Made by a program: the position numbers and the translations under genes. DNA of 62,126 nt. It comes from a virus. Taxonomy: Duplodnaviria > Caudoviricetes. Under the pieces are notes generated by a model. That model saw nothing but the letters and a program-made list of their open reading frames with translations. It was not told where the DNA came from and ran no database searches. The DNA lies in the IMG/VR virus record IMGVR_UViG_3300045996_000468, positions 1 to 62,126 of that record; one strand, written 5' to 3'. Shown here one piece after another: positions 9,519 to 17,919 of this stretch (position 1 is its first letter; each line of letters begins with the position of its first letter).

Positions 9519-9917
9519 ATGGCAGACTTGACGGCGCGACGGGCTATGCTGTCGCGCGCTGTTGAAAGGGCCTTCGGTGAAGTGTTCACCTTCACCGCCC
9601 GAAAGCACGACGCGGCCGACGTTGATCTGCCGCGTATTGCTGACGGATCGCGCGCCGCCTTCGATTGCACGGGCCGATGGGAAGGTCCGGCGAAGGCTGA
9701 TTATCCTCGCGCGCGCGGCAGCACGTCGGATGATCAGTCGATCCGGATCAACGTCCCTTATGCCTGCGTGCGGATCGCAAATGACGCGCTTGCATGGCCG
9801 CTCGTTAATGGCGACCAGTGCTTGCGCCAGAAAGACAACACGCGATGGCGCGTCGCCAACGTGTTGCCAGTCGATCACGACGCCGTCGTTGTGTTTCTGT
9901 CGGATAAGAGGGCATGA
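9519..9917 (+). CDS. Head-tail adaptor / head closure protein (gpFII-like)
   Basis: Position after capsid, size, beta-rich pattern (FGE.FTF, GD...W.V). Confidence 0.6.
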   Translation: MADLTARRAMLSRAVERAFGEVFTFTARKHDAADVDLPRIADGSRAAFDCTGRWEGPAKADYPRARGSTSDDQSIRINVPYACVRIANDALAWPLVNGDQCLRQKDNTRWRVANVLPVDHDAVVVFLSDKRA

Positions 9918-11035
9918 CGCTCGCTCGCACCGCGCTTAGGCTGATCACCGTTGCTGCAATTCGCGGCGCGACGACGGCCGGCGCGCGCGTGTACGACAGC
10001 CGCATCGATGATCTTGCGCCAGACGTATTCGGTGACGACGCGAAGCCGACGATCATTGTCACGACGGACGAAGACAAAGGCGACGGATTAAGCGATCAAG
10101 ATGGCGGGCCGCCGTTCCTGCGCGCGGTTGAACTCTGCTTTCAGATCGGCATGCTTCAGCGCGTGAAGGTCGAAGGCGATCCGGCCACGATCGGCGCGGA
10201 CGAGTACGATCTGATCTATCCGGAAACCGACGCGCAACTCGAAGCCGCGCTTGATCTGATCGAGCATCAAATCGCGCGCCGGCTTGGCAGCGAGCCAGAA
10301 GACGAACTATGCGTGAAGTGGCGCAAGGTCGCGCGCAAGGTCATCAAGTTCGATAGTCACCGGCAGATCGTCGACGAAGCCGGGCAGCGTCTTGCGGTGC
10401 GCCTGATGACGTTCACGTGCGAAATGGCCGACGACTACAGCCGCGCCTATAACTATGTGATCGATGCGGAGCCAACGTCTTACGCTCGCTTGCCGTGGCC
10501 GCTTAGCGAAGTCGCGCCGCTGATGCCGGTCGGGTCTGCGATGAAGGCGACGTGCGATCTTCTCGTCTCGCAGATCGTGCCGCTTGAAGTGGAAAACCTC
10601 GAAGGCGTCGACATTATCGCGGAGCCTGTCGAACTAGAGGCGGGGGAAGCAGAGGACGAAATGATCTCATTCTCGGCTGAACTGTCGTCTGCGCTCGACG
10701 TGCCGATCAACTATGCGACTTCAAGCGAAGTCGAAATCAACTATGCGCGCGGGTTTTTCCAGAAGCTGATTTTGCAGGCGAACGTTACATCGATCACAAT
10801 CCGGAATTGGCCGCGCATCGGTCGCACCGGGCGATTGATTTTGCAGATCGAGCAAACCGGAAATTTCACGATCGCACCGGAAGCTTGGCAAAATACGCAA
10901 TGGCCGAATGGTGGCGGCGACTTCCCCGTGATAACGCTTGGCGCTGGCGCAATTGATTTGGTCGTCTTGGCGACGGTCAACAATGGCACCAACGTTCTAG
11001 GCAACCTCATCGGGCAAGAGTACGGGGCACCATAA
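9914..11035 (+). CDS. Tail completion/terminator-like protein with C-terminal beta-sandwich extension
   Basis: N-terminal TLARTALRL...T.AG.RVYDSRI...LEAALDLIE.QI neck-family motifs; extra ~110 aa fibre-tip-like C-terminus. Confidence 0.7.
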   Translation: MTLARTALRLITVAAIRGATTAGARVYDSRIDDLAPDVFGDDAKPTIIVTTDEDKGDGLSDQDGGPPFLRAVELCFQIGMLQRVKVEGDPATIGADEYDLIYPETDAQLEAALDLIEHQIARRLGSEPEDELCVKWRKVARKVIKFDSHRQIVDEAGQRLAVRLMTFTCEMADDYSRAYNYVIDAEPTSYARLPWPLSEVAPLMPVGSAMKATCDLLVSQIVPLEVENLEGVDIIAEPVELEAGEAEDEMISFSAELSSALDVPINYATSSEVEINYARGFFQKLILQANVTSITIRNWPRIGRTGRLILQIEQTGNFTIAPEAWQNTQWPNGGGDFPVITLGAGAIDLVVLATVNNGTNVLGNLIGQEYGAP

Positions 11036-11328
11036 TGGAAACACGCGATCACTTCGTCGGCCGGCTTCTAGGCGAGCAATACAAGCGCACATTCAAGACG
11101 GACAACTATGTGTGCATCCCGCCTGCGCTGTTGATAACCGACGAGCGCGGCGACACATGGTCGATCGGCAGCGACTACATTCAAGACGGGCAACGGTTTT
11201 ATTGGGGCGTCATCCGCAACGACAAGCACATGGACGAACACGCGGAGCGGATCGAGTACAAGGCGGGGCGTGTTCGTATCTATACCACTCTAGGCCCGAA
11301 GGTCTGGAATGGTCGGACGTTCATCTGA
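11035..11328 (+). CDS. Hypothetical protein
   Basis: TAATG coupling to the upstream gene. Confidence 0.65.
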   Translation: METRDHFVGRLLGEQYKRTFKTDNYVCIPPALLITDERGDTWSIGSDYIQDGQRFYWGVIRNDKHMDEHAERIEYKAGRVRIYTTLGPKVWNGRTFI

Positions 11329-11357
11329 ACTTCAACTGAGGAAGAGGGGACTAGACT

Positions 11358-11846
11358 ATGCGTGAATTTGCTATCTCTGCCGGTGGCGTGACTGTTGCCG
11401 GTGCAACGACGATGATCTTCGTCAATCCGCCGGCCGCGCCGAACATGAACATCGCGTTTCGGCGTTTTTGGGTTGGTCAGTCGGCCAACGCCACCAGCGC
11501 ACAGCAGCGCGTTCAGCTTGAAACGCAGGTCACTGCGTTCCCGACGCTGACCGCCGCGACGCCTGCGAAGCTGAAGCACGCCGATCCGAACGCTTCCGTG
11601 ATCACGGGCGGCACCGCTGGCGCTGCCGGCACCGCCGGCACCAACGCTTCGGCCGAAGGCGCGGGCGCGAAGACGGCGCGCATGGACGACGCCTTCAACG
11701 TGCTGAACGGCTGGCTCTATGTGCCGACGCCGGCAGAACTGCTGATCCTGCCCGCAGGCTTCGCGAGCGGCTTGGGCTTGTTCTTCCCGGTAGCGCCCGC
11801 GACGCTGACCAATTGGGCGTTCGGTCTGCACTTCAGCGAAGAGTAA
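11358..11846 (+). CDS. Putative abundant virion protein (beta-rich)
   Basis: Strong GAGGGGACT RBS, Ala/Thr/Gly-rich, followed by a terminator. Confidence 0.7.
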   Translation: MREFAISAGGVTVAGATTMIFVNPPAAPNMNIAFRRFWVGQSANATSAQQRVQLETQVTAFPTLTAATPAKLKHADPNASVITGGTAGAAGTAGTNASAEGAGAKTARMDDAFNVLNGWLYVPTPAELLILPAGFASGLGLFFPVAPATLTNWAFGLHFSEE

Positions 11847-11879
11847 AATCGCGAAGGCTCTGACGCGGTTTGAAAACAG

Positions 11880-11913
11880 GGCCGATTGCGCAGCAACGCA
11901 ATCGGCCTCTTTT
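11880..11913 (+). terminator. Intrinsic terminator
   Basis: GGCCGATTGCG-cagcaa-CGCAATCGGCC 11-bp stem followed by TCTTTT. Confidence 0.75.
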
Positions 11914-11925
11914 CAGTTTTGAAGG

Positions 11926-12612
11926 TTGATCAGCATGAGCCGGGATTTTGCGATCTATGGGCGCGAGCGCATGCGCGGGCCGGGGCCGGCGAATGTCGGC
12001 GGCGGCGCGCCGACTTGGACAAAAAAAGCTGGCCCGGCCATTCAAGACGAAGCGTTCGGATCAACGTCTTCCACGTTCACCGCGCAGCCGATCAACAACG
12101 CATCGTCTAGCGATACCATCATTGTGACGGTTTCAAACTCGCAGCGGGAAACGGCTGGCGTCACCATCGACGGCAACGCAATGACGTTGGTCGTCGCGAG
12201 CCATGCGGGCAGCAATCAGACTTCAATCTGGAAATATACCGGAGCGGTTCTAACCACGGCGAACATTGTCGTTTCGTCCGCGCTGGCTTTGGGACAGGTC
12301 GGAATTTCTGTCGGCGTGCTGACGGGTGTCAACGCTGCCGAAACAGACACGGCGGTCAAGCCGTTTGCGTTCTCGGCAAACCCGCAAGAGACTTCAACGT
12401 CATTGACGGTCCCGGCGTCTGGCTTCGGCATCGTCGTTTATTGTCAAGCCGACGTTGGCAACGTTACGCCAAATGTAGGTTTTGAAGATTACGACACGGG
12501 TGGAGCGTTCTTCACACACTGGTCCGGCTATATGACGGCGAGCGACACGCCGTCAGTAAATGGTCAAGCGTCGGTCGGGCAATCAATGGCAGCAGCGGCA
12601 TGGGGACCATAA
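11926..12612 (+). CDS. Putative virion accessory beta-sandwich protein
   Basis: Ser/Thr/Ala-rich beta-strand pattern (IIVTVS...VTIDGNAMT...SIWKY); start may be ATG 11935. Confidence 0.65.
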   Translation: MISMSRDFAIYGRERMRGPGPANVGGGAPTWTKKAGPAIQDEAFGSTSSTFTAQPINNASSSDTIIVTVSNSQRETAGVTIDGNAMTLVVASHAGSNQTSIWKYTGAVLTTANIVVSSALALGQVGISVGVLTGVNAAETDTAVKPFAFSANPQETSTSLTVPASGFGIVVYCQADVGNVTPNVGFEDYDTGGAFFTHWSGYMTASDTPSVNGQASVGQSMAAAAWGP

Positions 12613-12615
12613 ACA

Positions 12616-12867
12616 ATGCATGACGGCTGGCATCCATATCCCAACGATCCATTCAAGCGCCCGGTGCATCCGAACACGCATCGCGTCATCATGTACCCGA
12701 TCCAGTACGGGCCGGGCGACGTTGTCCGCTGTCGCGTGATGGAAAAGAACTTCACGTTCCCCGAACCGGACGAAGGCCAGCCACGGCATTTGCAATTTTC
12801 ATCCGAACAGGATTTGCAGAACTACATCTGCATGTGCATCGCGGAGGAAGAAAACAATGCTCACTGA
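12616..12867 (+). CDS. Hypothetical protein
   Basis: Fills the gap in the operon and overlaps the thioredoxin start. Confidence 0.55.
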   Translation: MHDGWHPYPNDPFKRPVHPNTHRVIMYPIQYGPGDVVRCRVMEKNFTFPEPDEGQPRHLQFSSEQDLQNYICMCIAEEENNAH

Positions 12868-13309
12868 CGCCGACTATTGGGACAAGGTCAGCACCGGCAT
12901 CGTCGTCGTATCGATGGAGATACCCGGTTGCCCGGCGTGCGCCGAACTGAAAGAGGCGATGGTCGCGGTTGAAAAAGAGTGTCCCGGCGTTCGCTTCGAG
13001 CGCATGAACACCGCGATCAATCCGCAGACGACGCGCGAACTGCAAATCGTTCACGTGCCGATGCTGTTTCTTTATCGCGACGGCAAGTTCAAGGGGCGCG
13101 CGATCGTCTCGCCGGTCCCGACAAAGGATCGGCTTGTCGAATGGGTGAACTTCCGATCGACGTATCAAGTGCCCGAACCGCCGCCGCTGGTCGAAAAGCC
13201 TGAAGAGTGTTCGTTCTGCATGAACGTTCGCCGCAAACTTTTCTCATGGTTGCCGCGCCGCATCGGGCGATGGCTGGAGGCGCGCTATGCCAACATGTCT
13301 TGGCGTTGA
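12857..13309 (+). CDS. Thioredoxin-like protein
   Basis: CPAC active-site motif and cis-Pro VPMLFLYRDGK; extra C-terminal CSFC. Confidence 0.85.
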   Translation: MLTDADYWDKVSTGIVVVSMEIPGCPACAELKEAMVAVEKECPGVRFERMNTAINPQTTRELQIVHVPMLFLYRDGKFKGRAIVSPVPTKDRLVEWVNFRSTYQVPEPPPLVEKPEECSFCMNVRRKLFSWLPRRIGRWLEARYANMSWR

Positions 13310-14537
13310 ATACGATAACACGACGGTCGCGCCGCTAGGCGACATTGCGAGCAACTTCACCGTTGCCGACTGGCTCGTCGCGTCTGTCGGCAATCCCGGT
13401 TGCTTCACCGATGGCGCGGACGGCAAGCTTCGTATCAACTGCATGCCCAGCCATCTGCTTTACGATGATCCGATCTTGTATTATGGCGAGCCGGGCCGGG
13501 CGCATCTGCATCATTTCTTCGGCAACACACAAGCGAGCAACGCCTCGACCTTTTCCAGCCTGCGAACAACCGGCGATGGCACGTGTTCGGGCGGCCCGAT
13601 CAATCGGACTGCATACTGGCATCCGGCGATGATCCGCCCGCAGAATAATAAGGTCGTCAAGCCGACGAGCTACACCATTTATTATACGGTGAATGAGGAA
13701 CGCGACGATCGTTGCGACGCCGTCTTCGGCTGGCAGTACGCGGCGCAGTTTTTGCCGCGCGGATTTTCTTTCATTGGCGGCTGGCCCGATCGTGTGCTGT
13801 CAACGCATGCGGTGACGACTTCCGTTCCGGAAGAGCCGTTCAAGCTGTACGCGGAGCCAACCAATACTTTCCTTTGGAGCATGACATATGACAGCGGCAA
13901 CGCTGCTGTCGGTCCCGCCGGAACGCTCGACGATTTGGCTGATCTGGCGGACGCGGCCGGCGGATTGGCAACGCAGGCGAGCGATCACGCAAATGAAAAG
14001 TTGATCGGACGCTTCAGTCTGCCGACGTGTTGGGACGGCAACAATCTGACTTCGGCCAACGGCAGAACTCACGTCACGTACAAAAGGCAAAACGGCCTTG
14101 GTCAACCCGGATGCCCGGCATCGCATCCGCATCATATTCCCGATCTTCTGTTCGCCGTGAACTATGATCACAACGGCCCGTCCGACTTTCGTCAATGGTA
14201 TCTGTCATCGGACAACGGGCACGGCGAGCCCGTCGCGACTTATCCCGGCGGGCACACGATGCATACGGATTGGTTTGGCGCATGGGATCAAGGCATCATT
14301 GACATTGCGTCCGATAACGTCATGGGCATCGGCGCGGGCAGTACGCATGTCACTTGCAACAATGGCGGGCTGAACAACGACACGGCGCTAAAGGAAAGTC
14401 ATCTGACGGATACGAGCTTCCGATCTGAAGCGATCCGCTACGCTGACATTCCCGATCCGCCGAACTTCGTCGCGCCGATCAACAAATCGAACAAGGGCCG
14501 CAAGCACCAAGCGCACTTCAACACGGGCTGGAGATAA
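13287..14537 (+). CDS. DUF1996 domain protein
   Basis: DDPI...HLHHFFGN, N.TAYW.P, P.CWDG.NL, CPASHP..IP, H.DWF..WD hallmark motifs. Confidence 0.9.
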   Translation: MPTCLGVEYDNTTVAPLGDIASNFTVADWLVASVGNPGCFTDGADGKLRINCMPSHLLYDDPILYYGEPGRAHLHHFFGNTQASNASTFSSLRTTGDGTCSGGPINRTAYWHPAMIRPQNNKVVKPTSYTIYYTVNEERDDRCDAVFGWQYAAQFLPRGFSFIGGWPDRVLSTHAVTTSVPEEPFKLYAEPTNTFLWSMTYDSGNAAVGPAGTLDDLADLADAAGGLATQASDHANEKLIGRFSLPTCWDGNNLTSANGRTHVTYKRQNGLGQPGCPASHPHHIPDLLFAVNYDHNGPSDFRQWYLSSDNGHGEPVATYPGGHTMHTDWFGAWDQGIIDIASDNVMGIGAGSTHVTCNNGGLNNDTALKESHLTDTSFRSEAIRYADIPDPPNFVAPINKSNKGRKHQAHFNTGWR

Positions 14538-14546
14538 ACAACACCG

Positions 14547-17546
14547 ATGCCGAGTTGGGGGCAACTCAAAGGCACGTTCACAGGCAACGCCGTATCGATC
14601 GGCACGTCGATCGCTGCCTCGACGTTGGCTTTTGGCTCTGGCGCGGTTGTCGCTGGCGATCTTGTGTTCGTCGTCGTCGGCGAGCAAACAACCGCGACGA
14701 ATACAAGCGTCACTGACAATCTAGGCAACACTTACAACCCGGTTCATGCGGCCGTCGACACCGGCACCGCGACGGGGCGGCCTTACTTCTCGCTCGTCAC
14801 GAACCCCGGCACGATCACCAGCGTTACCGTCACGGCAAACGGCGGCTCGCAGAACGGCGCGGTCGCAGTCGCCATCTATAGCGGCCCGTTCAAGGCGTCG
14901 CCGCTCGACAAGTTTCCAACGGCAGTCAGCGACAACACTTCGCCGTTCACCGCGCCGACGACCGGCACGCTGTCGCAAATCTATGAACTTGCCGTCTCAT
15001 GGTGCGTGTCGACCGGCAACGCGACATTCTCCGCGACTGCGCCGAACACGAAGGCCGTCGAAATTGCGACGGCGTCCGTTCTGTCGGTTCGCATCGGTCA
15101 TCAGACGGTCGACGACACTTCGGCACTGACACCGGCTTGGACCGGAACGAACCCGACCGACGGCATGGCCGGCGTCGCAACGTTCATGGTGCCGATCGAT
15201 GATCCGCGTCCCGGCGGATCGAAGCTTCTCAAAGGCGCAAGCATCGCGGCCGCGCTCGCAACGGCATGGATTGCCGCGCCCGATCTGCCGACGCTGAAGA
15301 ACAAGTTTTCTGCCGCGCTGTTCGAAGCCGCTGCGCCGGACCCTGATCAAGCGCCGGCATTGGGATCACCGCGCTTCGTCGAAGCGCCCGACGATCCGTT
15401 GCCGACGCTTCGTCGGAAGTCTGATCCGACCATCTTCGAAGCACCGCCGCCGCCGACTGTCGACGCACCGCCCGGCGTTGGCGCGCCGATCTTCGTTGCA
15501 ATTCCGGATTGGGTGCATGAGGCGAACTATCGTCGCCGCATGCTGCCGCAAGCGGGCGCGGCCGCGCCGGTCGACGATCCGCCGTTCCGTCGCCTGCGCT
15601 TCCACACTTGGACGCATGACGCGCCGACGATCACCGACATTTCCGGCGGCGGCTTGATCGTTGACGCTGATCGACCGATCTATCGTCGTTACCTCGATCT
15701 GACTGCGTTCATTCCGCCGCCGCCAATGCCGACGCTGCGGACGAAGATCGCGGCGGCAATCTATCAAGCGCCCGCGCAAGTCGACAATCCGCCGGGCAAG
15801 CGTCACCGCATCATCGTTGATGACTGGTGGAATGAGACGCCGCCGCTTCAGGCGGCTGTTCGAAAGCTGACGCCGCCGTCCGTCGACAACCCGCCGCGAT
15901 TGCGCCGGCAACCGATCACGAACGCCGTCGATCAAGGTGCGGTCCCGACGCTTCCGCGCAAGATCGCGGCGACGTTGACGACACCGATTGCGCAAGTCGA
16001 CAATCCGCCGTTCGGTCGCAAGCGTGTCTTCCACACTTGGACCTATGACGGCGGCACGACGGTCGACGTGTCGGGCGGCGGGCTGATCGTCGACGCCGAT
16101 CGCGCGCCGTACCGCCGCTATCTCGACTTCACACATTGGTTGCCGACGCCGCCCGCGCCGACGCTGCGCTCGAAACTCAATCCGGCGATCCTCGACAACA
16201 CGGTCGCCGTCGTCGACCAGCCGCCCGGCCTCGCTGGCGTGCGCATCGTGCCGCAGCCGGATCAACCGTTGCCGACGCTTGGGCCACGCAAGATCGCGGC
16301 GTTCGCCGGCACCGTTGTCGTCACCGACTATCCGCGCCGCCGGCCGCTGCTTGACGCTGCGTTCTGGAACGATCCGCAACCGCTGCCGACGCTGCGCCGA
16401 AAACTTACGCCGCCATCGATCGACAATCCGCCGCCGCGTCGCCGGCATGTCGCGCACGTCTATGAAGCGCCAGCGCTGCCGACGCTTCGTCCGAAACTGC
16501 CGCCGCAGATCACGGCTGTTCCGGTCAACGATCCGCCGGGCCGCCGCGCGAGCGCGCCGCTTCAGCACTGGCTTGAGCTCGACCAGCAGATCGCCCGGCG
16601 CAAGCTGGTCGCCGCGATCGCCGCCGTTGTCGCCGCGCCCGATGCCGTGCCGTTCAAGCGCCGCACCGATCTGTCTGCATGGTGGCAGGACGATGCGCCG
16701 GTTCAATTGCGCCGCCGCCTGTTGCCGCCACAGATCACGGCGGTTGCTGCCGATAGCATCCCGGCGAAGCGCCGGCCGGATATCGGGGCATGGTTCGAAG
16801 AGCCAGCGCAGGCGACGCGGCAGCGCAAGTTGCCGCCGCAGATCACCGCCGTTCGCGTCGACAACCCGGTCGGCGTGCGCCGGCCGGATATCCGCGAATG
16901 GTGGCTGGCCGACGTTCAGCCGGCCGTCCGCCGCAAGTCGCTGGTCATCGGGGCCGCACAAGCGGTTGATAACCCGCCGCCGCTGAAACGGGCGCTGCCG
17001 CTGGAATGGTGGCAGATCGAGCAGCCGGGGCCGGTGGTAAGCCGGAAACTTCCGGCCGCCGTGACGGGTGTTCAGGCGGACAACCCGCCACCGCCGCGCC
17101 GGCCCGATCTGTCGGCATGGCACGCGCCCGTGCCGCCGATCGAGCAGCGGCAAGCGCTCGCCGTTCCGCCGTCCGTCGACAATCCGCCGCGTCTGCGCCG
17201 ATACGATCTTTCAGTGTGGTTCGCGCCAGACTTCACGCGCGCGACGGTCGCCGCGAAGATTGCCGGCCACACACAACAGGATAGCCCGCCGCCAAAGCAA
17301 CGGCGCGACGTTACACATTCGGCATGGTCGGTTGATGCCGCCGCGTGGCCGGTGCAAATCCGGCCGATTGCTGCAATCTCGGATGCGGCGACGCCGGTCA
17401 ACGATCCGCCGCCGCGCAAGCCGATATCGCACGACTTCGCGACGGCTTGGCTTCCGCCGCCGCCGCTGCCGACACTGCGCGGTTTCCTGATGCGGCGTCG
17501 TCGGGAAGGTTCAACAGATCAGCCAAGAGGCGCGCTGTTGATATGA
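14547..17546 (+). CDS. 999-aa putative virion protein: N-terminal beta domain plus Pro/Arg-rich VDNPP/PTLR.K repeats
   Basis: N-term AGDLVFVVV...SVTDNLGNTY beta-sandwich pattern; many degenerate VDNPP-RR-W-LPTLRRKL units. Confidence 0.8.
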   Translation: MPSWGQLKGTFTGNAVSIGTSIAASTLAFGSGAVVAGDLVFVVVGEQTTATNTSVTDNLGNTYNPVHAAVDTGTATGRPYFSLVTNPGTITSVTVTANGGSQNGAVAVAIYSGPFKASPLDKFPTAVSDNTSPFTAPTTGTLSQIYELAVSWCVSTGNATFSATAPNTKAVEIATASVLSVRIGHQTVDDTSALTPAWTGTNPTDGMAGVATFMVPIDDPRPGGSKLLKGASIAAALATAWIAAPDLPTLKNKFSAALFEAAAPDPDQAPALGSPRFVEAPDDPLPTLRRKSDPTIFEAPPPPTVDAPPGVGAPIFVAIPDWVHEANYRRRMLPQAGAAAPVDDPPFRRLRFHTWTHDAPTITDISGGGLIVDADRPIYRRYLDLTAFIPPPPMPTLRTKIAAAIYQAPAQVDNPPGKRHRIIVDDWWNETPPLQAAVRKLTPPSVDNPPRLRRQPITNAVDQGAVPTLPRKIAATLTTPIAQVDNPPFGRKRVFHTWTYDGGTTVDVSGGGLIVDADRAPYRRYLDFTHWLPTPPAPTLRSKLNPAILDNTVAVVDQPPGLAGVRIVPQPDQPLPTLGPRKIAAFAGTVVVTDYPRRRPLLDAAFWNDPQPLPTLRRKLTPPSIDNPPPRRRHVAHVYEAPALPTLRPKLPPQITAVPVNDPPGRRASAPLQHWLELDQQIARRKLVAAIAAVVAAPDAVPFKRRTDLSAWWQDDAPVQLRRRLLPPQITAVAADSIPAKRRPDIGAWFEEPAQATRQRKLPPQITAVRVDNPVGVRRPDIREWWLADVQPAVRRKSLVIGAAQAVDNPPPLKRALPLEWWQIEQPGPVVSRKLPAAVTGVQADNPPPPRRPDLSAWHAPVPPIEQRQALAVPPSVDNPPRLRRYDLSVWFAPDFTRATVAAKIAGHTQQDSPPPKQRRDVTHSAWSVDAAAWPVQIRPIAAISDAATPVNDPPPRKPISHDFATAWLPPPPLPTLRGFLMRRRREGSTDQPRGALLI

Positions 17547-17627
17547 TGCACAACGACTTGCGAATGTGTTATTTGGCGATCCGTGGGGATCGATTGGGGC
17601 GCGCTTCGTGCGCGAGGGGGAAAAGCG

Positions 17628-17855
17628 ATGGCGAAAGCCGAGACGACGCACGTCTATGTCAAGCCGCGCGACGGCGCGAGGATCATCCAACCAAATCGAA
17701 ATCATCGTGTCATGCCGGCCGAAGGTGACTTCGTCGACATGAACGATGTTTTCTATGTTCGGCTCTTGGGATGGGGCGACATTGTTCGCGCCGATCCGCC
17801 CGCCGAACCGAAGGCGGCGAAGCCGACGAAGCCGGCGACTTCAGACGACAAGTAA
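17628..17855 (+). CDS. DUF2635 family protein (Mu gp38-like)
   Basis: YVKP..G..I..P....MP.EG..V....FY.RLL..GD.V; immediately before the sheath gene. Confidence 0.8.
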   Translation: MAKAETTHVYVKPRDGARIIQPNRNHRVMPAEGDFVDMNDVFYVRLLGWGDIVRADPPAEPKAAKPTKPATSDDK

Positions 17856-17919
17856 AAGGGGACTGCGCGGCTTCAGTGTCGGGCCGTGATCAACGCAACA
17901 TGATGGGGGACTTTCGACG

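Noticed and set aside
15570-16180. Diversity-generating retroelement TR/VR pair in the 999-aa gene
   Set aside because: Both copies are in-frame coding repeats with indels and non-adenine differences, and I found no reverse transcriptase in the genome.
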